Of a stretch of 64,000 nt of DNA, positions 45,306-53,822 are shown piece by piece. Position 1 is the first letter of the stretch, and the number at the start of each line of letters is the position of its first letter. The DNA comes from Nitrospirota bacterium (GTDB taxonomy: Bacteria > Nitrospirota > Thermodesulfovibrionia > Thermodesulfovibrionales > Dissulfurispiraceae): contig CAVPZX010000002.1 in assembly GCA_963710375.1 (NCBI GenBank), positions 480,001-544,000 on the forward strand, written 5' to 3'. The notes below the pieces were generated by a model that saw nothing but the letters and a program-made list of their open reading frames with translations, was not told the origin of the DNA and did no database searches. The translations under genes were made by a program, and so were the position numbers.

Positions 45306-45336
45306 GGTTATAACTGCAACATGACTTCAAAATAAC

Positions 45337-45365
45337 TTGACATAATTTATTAACTATAGTAATAT
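45337..45365 (+). promoter_or_regulatory. Sigma70-type promoter for the HTH-HTH-integrase operon
   Basis: TTGACA-17 bp-TAATAT just before ATG 45372 (possibly leaderless). Confidence 0.55.
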
Positions 45366-45371
45366 TTAAGC

Positions 45372-45755
45372 ATGGTTAAGAGAATAATAGCTAAGATAAA
45401 TGAGGGGCAGGAAAGGACGCGATGGGGCAAAGGGACTATTGTATGTAAATCCATGGAAGAATTTGACAAGTATTTAAATCAATTTAAAGGGCAAATGGTC
45501 TCTCCTGGAACCGCTGCCTCAAGGTTAGGTGTTTCCCGTGCTTACATTAATCAGCTCGAAAAAGAGGGAAGAATAAGAGCGTATAGAATATGGAATGAAG
45601 ATATACATTGGGACAGTCTGCCTTTGAAGTGGAGGCCGTTTGTCGCTGTAAGGGATGTTTATATTTACATTCCTGATGAGGATATCGAGAGGATTAGAGA
45701 GGAGTTAATAAAAAAGGCCGAGAACAAGCTAAGAAAACTTAGAGGGAAAAAATGA
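45372..45755 (+). CDS. Small HTH-like DNA-binding protein (regulator/excisionase candidate)
   Basis: VSPGTAASRLGVSRAYINQLEKEGRI resembles a MerR/Xis-type HTH; upstream of the integrase. Confidence 0.7.
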   Translation: MVKRIIAKINEGQERTRWGKGTIVCKSMEEFDKYLNQFKGQMVSPGTAASRLGVSRAYINQLEKEGRIRAYRIWNEDIHWDSLPLKWRPFVAVRDVYIYIPDEDIERIREELIKKAENKLRKLRGKK

Positions 45756-46117
45756 ACGAGCGCCATCTTACATATGAACTTGCTGAGAGGTTGAAAGTAT
45801 CTACTGAAACAAATATCTTCAGCAGGGGGACTATTGTTTGTAATTCCTGGGAAGAATTTGATGAGGCTATTAAGGATGTTGACTGTGGGCTTGTATCTCC
45901 GGGCGGCGCCGGTTTGCCGCGTTCTTATATTCATCAGCTTGAAAAAGATGGCTCGATAAGGGTGTTCAGAGTGATAGTTGATGGCAAGAGCTTTAAATAT
46001 TACCCTTCGCATGTACGCTTTTTGTATCCATCCAAAGATGTTTATGTTTTCATACCGGTGGATGATATTAACAGAATAAAAAGCATGATGAATAGGACGG
46101 AGGTGTCTTATGCCTGA
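45752..46117 (+). CDS. Paralogue of the preceding HTH-like protein
   Basis: Shares GTIVC.S.EEFD, VSPG, R.YI.QLEK.G.IR and DVY..IP..DI.RI with 45372-45755. Confidence 0.72.
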   Translation: MNERHLTYELAERLKVSTETNIFSRGTIVCNSWEEFDEAIKDVDCGLVSPGGAGLPRSYIHQLEKDGSIRVFRVIVDGKSFKYYPSHVRFLYPSKDVYVFIPVDDINRIKSMMNRTEVSYA

Positions 46118-47345
46118 AGGACAAGGCATAATAAGAGTTCCCAATAATCAGCGATGCCCTAAATGTAACGGAGTTTTCAAGCGCGTTATAGTGAAGGGCG
46201 CTTCCGGCATAGCCTATAGATGTCCTGATTGTTTGACCTTTCCTGACCGTTATTACCTGGATGTGCATCATAAGGGCGAAAGAATCCGAGTTTTTAGCGA
46301 TAAGCAGGGGAAGCCTTTAGATGCATTTCAGCGGGCCGTTGACCTTTTGAGTCATATTAATTATGAAATTGAAAATCATATTTTTGATTTTTCCAAATAT
46401 AAGAAATCGGAACAAAAAGAGTTTTATGTCTGTACGAAGCTTGATGAATATCTGGATCATAAGATAGACTCTCTTGCTCCGAGCTATCAGGCAGATTTTA
46501 GGAGGTATGTCGGCATTGCTAAAGACTTCTTCAAAACGACTGATGTCAGAGAAATAAAGAAGATCGATGTTATTAATTATCAAAAATATTTGAAGGAGAG
46601 TTTTAACATAGGCAATAAGACGATTAAAAATAATATCGATGTTTTTAAGGCTTTCCTAAACTATCTTAAAAACGATTTGGAAATAATATCCATTGTTCCA
46701 AGGTTTCCCGATATTGATATAGATATAAAACCTTTTAAATGGCTGACGCAAGAAGTACAGGTTAAGGCATATGAGTTGTGGCCTGATACTGATAAACCTA
46801 TCTTTGCTTTTTTAATGTTGCACGGTTGCCGTCCATCAGAAGCACGGGCTTTAAAATGTAAAAATATTGATCTTCAAAATCATACCATTACAATATGTGC
46901 GACCTTTTCAGGACATGTTTACAGGGAAAAAAGGAAGGGCAAAAAAGCGAGATTTGTAACAGTTCCAATTCATCCGGAATTATATGGATTCATTGTTGAG
47001 AGAGTTAAAAATAATTTACCTGAGGCTTTTGTTTTTATAAATCCTAATACCGGCAAGCATTATTGTGAAAATAGTTTACGGATCATATGGGCTACTGTTC
47101 GGAAAAGTACGGGACTCGATAATAGTGTCCGTTTGTATGATGCCACAAGGCATTCATTTGCAAGCAACCTTGTAAATAGTGGATCGTCTATATACAAGGT
47201 TTCAAAATTGCTTGGTCATAGCTCGGTAAAGATGACAGAGAAATATGCGCATTCAGAGATTGAGAGTCTGAGGGTTGATATAGAAAAGCTATCATTAAAC
47301 TGTCATCCTACTGTCATCAAAAAGGTTTCAGGTGATAAAAAATAA
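46110..47345 (+). CDS. Tyrosine integrase with N-terminal zinc ribbon
   Basis: GCRPSEARAL, LYDATRHSFAS, LLGHS, TEKY; CPKC...CPDC at the N-terminus. Confidence 0.93.
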   Translation: MPEGQGIIRVPNNQRCPKCNGVFKRVIVKGASGIAYRCPDCLTFPDRYYLDVHHKGERIRVFSDKQGKPLDAFQRAVDLLSHINYEIENHIFDFSKYKKSEQKEFYVCTKLDEYLDHKIDSLAPSYQADFRRYVGIAKDFFKTTDVREIKKIDVINYQKYLKESFNIGNKTIKNNIDVFKAFLNYLKNDLEIISIVPRFPDIDIDIKPFKWLTQEVQVKAYELWPDTDKPIFAFLMLHGCRPSEARALKCKNIDLQNHTITICATFSGHVYREKRKGKKARFVTVPIHPELYGFIVERVKNNLPEAFVFINPNTGKHYCENSLRIIWATVRKSTGLDNSVRLYDATRHSFASNLVNSGSSIYKVSKLLGHSSVKMTEKYAHSEIESLRVDIEKLSLNCHPTVIKKVSGDKK

Positions 47346-47377
47346 TTACAATACAATTAGTTATATTTGGTTGTTGG

Positions 47378-47403
47378 GGGTTCGATTCCCGCCGCCTCCA
47401 CCA
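47378..47403 (+). repeat. attR core, duplicate of the tmRNA 3' end
   Basis: Identical 26-mer to 40263-40288. Confidence 0.95.
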
Positions 47404-47458
47404 TAACTTTTTGATAGCAGTAGATTAATTTAACTCCTGATAGCTTTATTTGGATAAC

Positions 47459-47488
47459 AAAAAAGCCTCCGTTCCCGGAGGCATTTTT
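47459..47488. terminator. Intrinsic terminator (probably bidirectional)
   Basis: AAAAAAGCCTCCG-ttcc-CGGAGGCATTTTT. Confidence 0.75.
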
Positions 47489-47536
47489 ATGTATTGCATT
47501 CCTGCTGCTGAGATGCTTACTTTTAGAATGGAAATG

Positions 47537-47971
47537 TTATTTTACTACTGGATACCCTGCTTCTTTCCAGGCCTTGAGTCCTCCAGTCATATTTACAGCA
47601 CTTTTATACCCAAGGTCATTCAGCGTCTTTGTCGCCAACGGGCTTCTGCGGTCCGTCCCGCAATATACAATAATTTTTGCGTTTTTATCGGGTATGATTG
47701 TGGCCGCCTTAAACTCCAATGTGCCACGTGAAATATTTATCGCCCCGGGTAGATGTCCTTGTTCAAATTCCTGCTTGTCAGTTACATCAAGGAGCATGAT
47801 GTTCTCTTTTGACTCAATCATTTTTTTGACATTGTCTATTGATACTTCCGCAATCGACGCCTTTGCCTCCTTTACCAGTTGTTCCGGCGTCATATCTGCG
47901 GCCAAGGCAGGACTGATCATCGAAATCGCGAAAATCACGGCAACCAAAACCAGCGTTACTCTTTTAAGCAT
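47537..47971 (-). CDS. Secreted rhodanese-domain protein
   Basis: Signal peptide ending PALA; LLDV, GHLPGA, VYCGTDRRS, GGLKAW; GGAGG RBS before ATG 47971. Confidence 0.87.
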   Translation of the reverse strand: MLKRVTLVLVAVIFAISMISPALAADMTPEQLVKEAKASIAEVSIDNVKKMIESKENIMLLDVTDKQEFEQGHLPGAINISRGTLEFKAATIIPDKNAKIIVYCGTDRRSPLATKTLNDLGYKSAVNMTGGLKAWKEAGYPVVK

Positions 47972-48143
47972 GTTTGCCTCCTTTAAAGTATTTGTTTCAA
48001 TAGTATCAGAATTGTGCGATTCCAACCACCTCCACCAAAGCTACCTGTCCGCTTTCTATCCGAAATTAAACATGCCGGCTGGCTTAGTGCAGATCAATTC
48101 TCAAGAAAAACAGCATTCGGCTTCTTCATATCCGTACCACAGG

Positions 48144-48788
48144 TCAAGTTTTGAAAATAGTTATCGCTTTTGCCGCCAAGCCCGCGTGAGCGACATCTTC
48201 CGGGGTAGTATTGGTTATGGGTATGTCATTGCCAAGGAAATCCCTTCCGGCTTCTTTGTAACAATACCGCACAAAACCACTGCAGTAAGTGGCGTGAGGA
48301 TCGTTCATGGGATTTTCCTGCCACTGCTTCTTGGTGATAATTGAGAACCACGTACCCATGAGTTCCTGTATCGGATAGAGAACCTGTTCGTTAACGAGTT
48401 CCAGCGCTGTAGCGAGAACTTGGTGCAGCTGGTCATCGGCGAGGCCGAAATCGATTGCTGCAGCATTTTCGACCTTGGAGTCGCTCCATTTGCCTATCCA
48501 GTTTTCCTGTGCTCCGTTTCTGACCTGGGGCTCGAAAAAGTTAATCTTCAGGTCGCTTTCGAATAGATAAGGGCTTTTTGTTACTGATTTACCTGGTCCG
48601 TGCCTGTCGAGCCGCAAGTCTCCCATGATGAAGCAGTGTGACCACAAAGATGGGGAATGGTCAGACGTAATAGCCCTTTGCGCATCCCTAATGGCAAGCC
48701 CCACGGCGTCTTTGGTGCCCACAAGACCGATGAGCCCCGGCTTATAATGAGCAGTGAAGAATTCAAGCAAAGCATCGTCAACTGCCAT
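48144..48788 (-). CDS. Permuted papain-like (NlpC/P60, YiiX/YebB-type) thiol hydrolase
   Basis: His before Cys: LWSHC ... TYCSGFV..CY, TPED. Confidence 0.68.
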   Translation of the reverse strand: MAVDDALLEFFTAHYKPGLIGLVGTKDAVGLAIRDAQRAITSDHSPSLWSHCFIMGDLRLDRHGPGKSVTKSPYLFESDLKINFFEPQVRNGAQENWIGKWSDSKVENAAAIDFGLADDQLHQVLATALELVNEQVLYPIQELMGTWFSIITKKQWQENPMNDPHATYCSGFVRYCYKEAGRDFLGNDIPITNTTPEDVAHAGLAAKAITIFKT

Positions 48789-48919
48789 GGGACCCTCCTG
48801 TTATGATCTCGAAGTTCAGGTCAACTGCAAACCTGCGAACAAAGCCTTATCCTTGATGATGCAGAAAGTGCCAGATTCCTAGAAACAAAAAAAGTTTTGA
48901 TTAATCCGGTTTCATTCCG

Positions 48920-49312
48920 CTATATAGGGGAATGCCTGTACGCTTTTCCACCTAATGCCGAATTAACGATCCTGACAATATCTTCAGGTTTAAATGGCTT
49001 ATTGACGCAATCTACCGCGCCAAGGTCTCTGGCAGCCTGAAAAAAATCCATATTGCCCTGGTAGAAACCTGACATCGCAATAATTTTTGCTTCAGGAAAT
49101 TCTCTCATGATCTCGCGTATAGTTTCCAGCCCGTCTTTTCCCGGCATATATATGTCGGCAAGAACGATGTTTGTATTGGTTCGGCGGTAGGACTCTACGC
49201 CTTCTTTGCCGTTGGAGGCTACATAAACTTCATAATTCAGATGTTCGAAAATCTCTTTTAGAAGATTTCTCAAAGAGATGTCGTCGTCAATGATGAGGAT
49301 GCTTTTTGCCAA
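48920..49312 (-). CDS. Single-domain response regulator
   Basis: ILIIDDD, LADIYMPGKDG, IAMSG, KPF; TTG start at 49312 after GGAGG. Confidence 0.9.
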   Translation of the reverse strand: MAKSILIIDDDISLRNLLKEIFEHLNYEVYVASNGKEGVESYRRTNTNIVLADIYMPGKDGLETIREIMREFPEAKIIAMSGFYQGNMDFFQAARDLGAVDCVNKPFKPEDIVRIVNSALGGKAYRHSPI

Positions 49313-49344
49313 TACCCCTCCTTGCCGAGTGAAATCAGTTAACT

Positions 49345-49392
49345 TTTTATAACAGATGCCTTGTATGGAAAACAATTACCCGAAAGTAGTAT
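49345..49392 (-). promoter_or_regulatory. Conserved 18-bp box plus extended -10 (copy 1)
   Basis: ATTACCCGAAAGTAGTAT at 49375-49392 (+ strand); TGTTATAAAA on the minus strand at 49354-49345. Confidence 0.7.
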
Positions 49393-49469
49393 ATGCTTGG
49401 AAATGCACTACGCGTTTTAAAAAAATCCCCACAAATTTGCAACTTCGCAATAATGGGAGCGCAGGCATT

Positions 49470-50042
49470 TTAATGCTTATCAGGTTGAATAATTCCCAGG
49501 CTAATAGCAGTATTCATGGCCTGGGCCCTGTTTGTGACATGAAGTTTCTTATATGAATGCTTCAGGTGGGCCTTTACAGTCGACTCGGATATGTTCAATA
49601 GTTCCCCTATTTCCTGATTGTTTTTACCCTCTTTGACCCAGCGTAAGATTTCAACCTCACGAGGGGAAAGGACGCCCTTGCAGGAATTTTCTATTGCTTT
49701 CTTTATCAGTTCCACCAATTCATCGTATGGAGCAGTTTTTTGTATGAAATCAAGTGCTCCTCCATGAACAGCTTTAACAGCATCGGGGATAGTACCATAA
49801 GCCGTGAGCATTATTATCGGCACACTGCTATTGATATGCTTTAATGCCTTAACTGTATCGATACCGTTTATCCCCGGTATTTTCATGTCTACAATGGCCA
49901 AATCAGGAATGAACTCCTTAAAAGAGTCTATAGCCTCAAATCCGTTCTTAGCCTCCAGCACCTTAAACCCCTCAAGCTGGAAAACTAACCTGGCCGCCCT
50001 TCTGAAATCATCGTCGTCATCAACGATCAGAATACTATGCAT
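49470..50042 (-). CDS. Response regulator, REC + LuxR/NarL HTH
   Basis: ILIVDDD, IVDMKIPG; LSPREVEIL..V.EG..N.EI...L.ISESTVK.H. Confidence 0.93.
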   Translation of the reverse strand: MHSILIVDDDDDFRRAARLVFQLEGFKVLEAKNGFEAIDSFKEFIPDLAIVDMKIPGINGIDTVKALKHINSSVPIIMLTAYGTIPDAVKAVHGGALDFIQKTAPYDELVELIKKAIENSCKGVLSPREVEILRWVKEGKNNQEIGELLNISESTVKAHLKHSYKKLHVTNRAQAMNTAISLGIIQPDKH

Positions 50043-50058
50043 AATCTCTCCCTTTCTT

Positions 50059-51435
50059 TCAGGCATCATTTTCAGTCTTCTGAGTCAGAAGTGGCAAATA
50101 TACTTTAAACGACGCACCCTCTCCCCTGATTGAATCGACGTTTATAAAACCATTGTGCTCTTTTATTATACCGTATACTATGGCAAGGCCTAGTCCCGTT
50201 CCCTTACCCATCTCTTTTGTTGTAAAAAACGGCTCGAATATCTTTGATTTTATTTCAGCGTCAATGCCCTCTCCGGTATCCTGTACCGTGATACAGGCAA
50301 AGCGTCCGCCTGCCCTCAGTCCGAACTTCTCTGCATCTTTCCTGTCAATAGTGACTTCCTCTGTTTGGATGGTAAGGGTGCCTCTCTTACTCATGGCATC
50401 CAGTGCATTGTTGACAAGGTTCATCACTACCTGTTCGAGTTGCAGCCTGTCTCCCTTAATCATAACATCCCCTTCAGACAGTATTTCTCTGTATTCATGC
50501 CGCTCTGCAATAAGCGGCTCCACCGTTTGTCTGAGCGATTTCACCACGCTGTTTATATCAAGAATAGCAAATTTGTTTCTTTCCGTGTTGCTGAAAGCCA
50601 GCAGGGATTCAACGAGTTTCTTCGCTCTATCAAGAGAGCCCTCGGTAAATGTGACGTATTCAGACAGGTTATTGTCTTGCAGCTTCTTTCTCAACACGTA
50701 CAGATACCCCTTTGCAGCACCCAAAACGCTGTTGAAGTCGTGAGCGATGCCGCGCGCAAGAGTCCCGACAGCTTCCATTTTTTCCATCTCAGCCATTCTG
50801 CGTTCGAACGGCACTGTAATTCTCTTAACCGTAAAATAAATTCCCAAAGCTATCGAAACAATGAAAAGAACAGCAATAGCAGCGTTTAACAAAAGCACCT
50901 TTTTTAGAGCGGCATTTAATTTTACCTTATCAATAACAAGATACACGTAACCAATGGTCTTTTTAATTTTTTTGGATTTTTCGGCGAAAAGGGCTACCTC
51001 GCTGTTATCGGGGACTTCAATTGCTATAGACCTGTTGAATTCAAAAAAATTCTTCGACTCTGTCATGGAGGACACGGGGGGGAAAGGCGCGCAGCTGCCA
51101 GCATGCCCATGCATTTTGCTCCATAGGAAAAGGACTTTGCCGTTGTCATTTAAAACAGTTACGGACACGACGCCTTCCTGCATAATAATTCCCTGCACAA
51201 CTGTTTCGATCATCCCTTTATCTTCAGCAAACACCGCAGTCCTAAGGCTTTCGGAGCATATAGCCGCAAGCGACAGTCCTTCTTTGATCAATGATTCCTT
51301 TATCTCGTCCTGCTCCCTGTGCACTATAATGACTGTAGAAAGTATAGACAAAAGTATCGTAATCGATGTCAACCATATAAAGAGCCGCAAACCGATACCA
51401 TGGCGGGATGAACGTGCACGGCTATCGGTCCTCAT
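50059..51435 (-). CDS. Membrane sensor histidine kinase (2 TM, periplasmic domain)
   Basis: LARGIAHDFN, QVVMNLVNNA.DA, DTGEGI, FEPFFTTK, GTGLGL. Confidence 0.93.
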   Translation of the reverse strand: MRTDSRARSSRHGIGLRLFIWLTSITILLSILSTVIIVHREQDEIKESLIKEGLSLAAICSESLRTAVFAEDKGMIETVVQGIIMQEGVVSVTVLNDNGKVLFLWSKMHGHAGSCAPFPPVSSMTESKNFFEFNRSIAIEVPDNSEVALFAEKSKKIKKTIGYVYLVIDKVKLNAALKKVLLLNAAIAVLFIVSIALGIYFTVKRITVPFERRMAEMEKMEAVGTLARGIAHDFNSVLGAAKGYLYVLRKKLQDNNLSEYVTFTEGSLDRAKKLVESLLAFSNTERNKFAILDINSVVKSLRQTVEPLIAERHEYREILSEGDVMIKGDRLQLEQVVMNLVNNALDAMSKRGTLTIQTEEVTIDRKDAEKFGLRAGGRFACITVQDTGEGIDAEIKSKIFEPFFTTKEMGKGTGLGLAIVYGIIKEHNGFINVDSIRGEGASFKVYLPLLTQKTENDA

Positions 51436-52403
51436 TGCAAGACCTCCGTCTTTCTAAAAACACGGTTAGGGATCCGTATGCCGAGTTTTGAAGCTATTTT
51501 ATGGTTAATGACCAGGAGCGCCTTTCTTGCATAGTAAACAGGGGCGGGCTTCACATCACCGTTTTTAAGAACGGACCATGCCATCTCCCCGGTCTGTTTG
51601 CCTATGTCAAAAGGGTCTATCTCAAGGGACAAAAGTGCACCCATTTCGAGAAATTTGCGGGAAAAAGTCATCAGCGGTATTTTGTTTTGATAAGAAAACG
51701 AAACCATTGACAGTACAGAATCATCAGCGGCAACAGTGGTGTCCGGTATCATCATAAGAAGGTCTACCCTTCCTGTAAGAGATGTGAGCGCGGCAGGCAC
51801 ATCTCTTGCCGAAGGTACGTCTTTCAGAATAATTTGCAGCCCTTTTTCTCTTCCTGCTTTTAACAGCTCTTGCGAATAAGCTCCGGACAGTGCGGGATTG
51901 ATTATGAGCCCTATCCTGCTGATGTGAGGTAAAATCTCAGCAGCGGCATCCAGATATTTGTCAGGGTCGACATCTGTGCTGACCCACCATATGTTATCTT
52001 CTTTGGCCTGCTTGTAAGGATAGACAAGCATTGTGAAGAGGCGGACCGTTTTTAATGATTTGACTGCTTTGTATGCTTTAGACCCGATGGCGACCACTGC
52101 ATCAGGGGACGAATCGAGGATATTGCCCACAATATTATTGACGTTTCCCCTCGAAAGATCGATGACTTTGACAGAGCAGTTGCAGGAGTTTTCAAATCCT
52201 TCAAGGGCATCATTATACAGTTTGATATTATCGCTTTTTACTACGGTTATATCGTAAGCGCTAGCCTCCCCTGCCGCAAGAACCTGCAAAAGCAGACATA
52301 TTGCACAGAATGCAATGGGGAAGGCCCGGTGAAGGGCAAAAGGTATCTTACCGATGTCTGAACTCGATATCCTGCAAAACAAACGCCTTAAGAGAAGCAT
52401 CAT
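51432..52403 (-). CDS. Periplasmic ABC-type substrate-binding protein (no permease nearby); start uncertain
   Basis: Signal peptide ending AGEASA; VVAIG, RIGLI.NP, MIPD.TV, GALLS, G.Q.G, LVIN.K.A..LGI. Confidence 0.82.
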   Translation of the reverse strand: MMLLLRRLFCRISSSDIGKIPFALHRAFPIAFCAICLLLQVLAAGEASAYDITVVKSDNIKLYNDALEGFENSCNCSVKVIDLSRGNVNNIVGNILDSSPDAVVAIGSKAYKAVKSLKTVRLFTMLVYPYKQAKEDNIWWVSTDVDPDKYLDAAAEILPHISRIGLIINPALSGAYSQELLKAGREKGLQIILKDVPSARDVPAALTSLTGRVDLLMMIPDTTVAADDSVLSMVSFSYQNKIPLMTFSRKFLEMGALLSLEIDPFDIGKQTGEMAWSVLKNGDVKPAPVYYARKALLVINHKIASKLGIRIPNRVFRKTEVLQ

Positions 52404-53637
52404 AATAATCCTTGCGGCAGTCTACTCCGGCAACGTCTCCTTTCGCAATAAAGCGCATATACCTGCAACCGCCGAAGCAAAGCGGGAGATAGCAGCATGA
52501 AAGGCACTGCTCATTTTTCCAGATGTCCAGCGCATAAGTATCATTGTATTTTTTGCACCCTTCTTTCAACGTTCCTATCTTAAAGTCTTCCCTCCCGATA
52601 AAACCAGGACACTTATAGAGGTCGCCGTTATAGTTGACTACAAAAAAATTTCCGCTCTCTATCACACACAGGGACGGCTTGATAAATTGTGTTTTGAAGC
52701 CGCGTTTCATTATGGCTTCCCTCAAAAAAACGCCTGCTTCAATTACCCATTGCTCACTATTGGACGTGCACCACTCGGCGTAGTCCGGAATAACAAATGC
52801 CTTGTTAACTGCTGTAACAGGGTCGAATTTAACAGATTTGATTACATCGGGCGTAAGCCCTTCGTCAATAAGATAATCGAGCAGTTTGGGGAATTCAGTA
52901 TAATTGTTGCGGGCATAATTACCGCCGATCTGTATGCTGATATCCCGGCAAACCTGCTTGAGATTCTCAATAATTATATCAAAAGAGCCCTTGCCTGATC
53001 GAAAGGGGCGTGAAACATTATGGGTGGCACGGGGACCGTCGAGGGTCACCTTTGCTCCCACAAGTCCCAAAGGTTTTAGCTGCTGCACAACCTGGCTGGT
53101 CAGCAGTGTGCCGTTTGTTACAAGATTAAAGCTGTAGCGCAATCCCTTATTTGCCGCGAGGTCTTTGAGCCCACCGGACATGCGGACTATCGATTTAATG
53201 CTCAATAGCGGTTCTCCGCCGTAAAAAGTTACGAAGATCTCTTTCTTATTATCATCAATGTTTGCTTCGATAAAGTTGACTAAATCACTCTCTGTCTCCT
53301 CTGACATAAAGTGGTGGCCTTTGACAGCGCCTTCGAAACAATAAGGACATGCCAGGTTGCAGGATAGGTTCAAAACCACGATTAGCGAGAGTTTATTGTT
53401 CAACTCATCGCGACCCTTCATGTAATCCTTCATTGCCGCTGATTCCTGCTCAATGCTGGGCACCATGAAGCCAAGCCTATCCAGAGCAGAGCGGATATCA
53501 GGGCTTACGTCACCGCCGAGCACATCCTGAAGAACAGAATCTTTGAGCGCTATGGTTGCTGCATTCTTTGTGGAATAAAGAATGTTGCGGTCTTCTTTAA
53601 GACTATAAATTTTGCAATATTGGGATAGTTCGCTCAT
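52348..53637 (-). CDS. Radical SAM/SPASM peptide maturase (geopeptide-maturase-like)
   Basis: CNLACPYC, FYGGEPLL, VTNG, TLDG; SPASM C...GDLYKC and CLSCCYLPLCFGGC...C. Confidence 0.9.
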   Translation of the reverse strand: MSELSQYCKIYSLKEDRNILYSTKNAATIALKDSVLQDVLGGDVSPDIRSALDRLGFMVPSIEQESAAMKDYMKGRDELNNKLSLIVVLNLSCNLACPYCFEGAVKGHHFMSEETESDLVNFIEANIDDNKKEIFVTFYGGEPLLSIKSIVRMSGGLKDLAANKGLRYSFNLVTNGTLLTSQVVQQLKPLGLVGAKVTLDGPRATHNVSRPFRSGKGSFDIIIENLKQVCRDISIQIGGNYARNNYTEFPKLLDYLIDEGLTPDVIKSVKFDPVTAVNKAFVIPDYAEWCTSNSEQWVIEAGVFLREAIMKRGFKTQFIKPSLCVIESGNFFVVNYNGDLYKCPGFIGREDFKIGTLKEGCKKYNDTYALDIWKNEQCLSCCYLPLCFGGCRYMRFIAKGDVAGVDCRKDYYDASLKAFVLQDIEFRHR

Positions 53638-53648
53638 AAAAATTAGAG

Positions 53649-53672
53649 TGGAGGGGCGCTATGGCCCCTCCA
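53649..53672 (-). other. Stem-loop between peptide gene and maturase
   Basis: TGGAGGGGC-6 nt-GCCCCTCCA without an adjacent U-tract; likely mRNA-stabilising or attenuating. Confidence 0.65.
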
Positions 53673-53682
53673 GAATTCTTTG

Positions 53683-53772
53683 TTAATCAAGAAGTGGCAC
53701 CAGAGATCCTACGCAGCAAAACTGACCAGCATCGATTTGCTCCTTTGTATAACCCTCGAATAACACCTCCAT
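53683..53772 (-). CDS. 29-aa putative RiPP precursor MEVLFEGYTKEQIDAGQFCCVGSLVPLLD (not in ORF track)
   Basis: AGGAGGG RBS upstream; directly 5' of the rSAM/SPASM gene; Cys-Cys core. Confidence 0.85.
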   Translation of the reverse strand: MEVLFEGYTKEQIDAGQFCCVGSLVPLLD

Positions 53773-53822
53773 GTGATATCCCTCCTGCTATTGAACTGGT
53801 CCTTCTAATGAAGGACTTGAGG

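Larger units (their letters stand above)
40289..47403. mobile_element. 7.1-kb tmRNA-integrated element (tyrosine integrase, rolling-circle Rep, R-M-like cargo)
   Basis: Flanking 26-bp direct repeat; integrase abuts attR; visibly AT-rich segments. Confidence 0.93.

Noticed and set aside
47378..47403. Possible tRNA or second tmRNA gene
   Set aside because: Only the 3' 26 nt are present with no 5' half; it is the attR duplication
40289..47403. Complete prophage or inovirus
   Set aside because: No capsid, Zot/pI ATPase, terminase or run of small coat genes
47574..48344. 256-aa plus-strand ORF
   Set aside because: Antisense shadow of the rhodanese and hydrolase genes; the same applies to most short overlapping ORFs in the track
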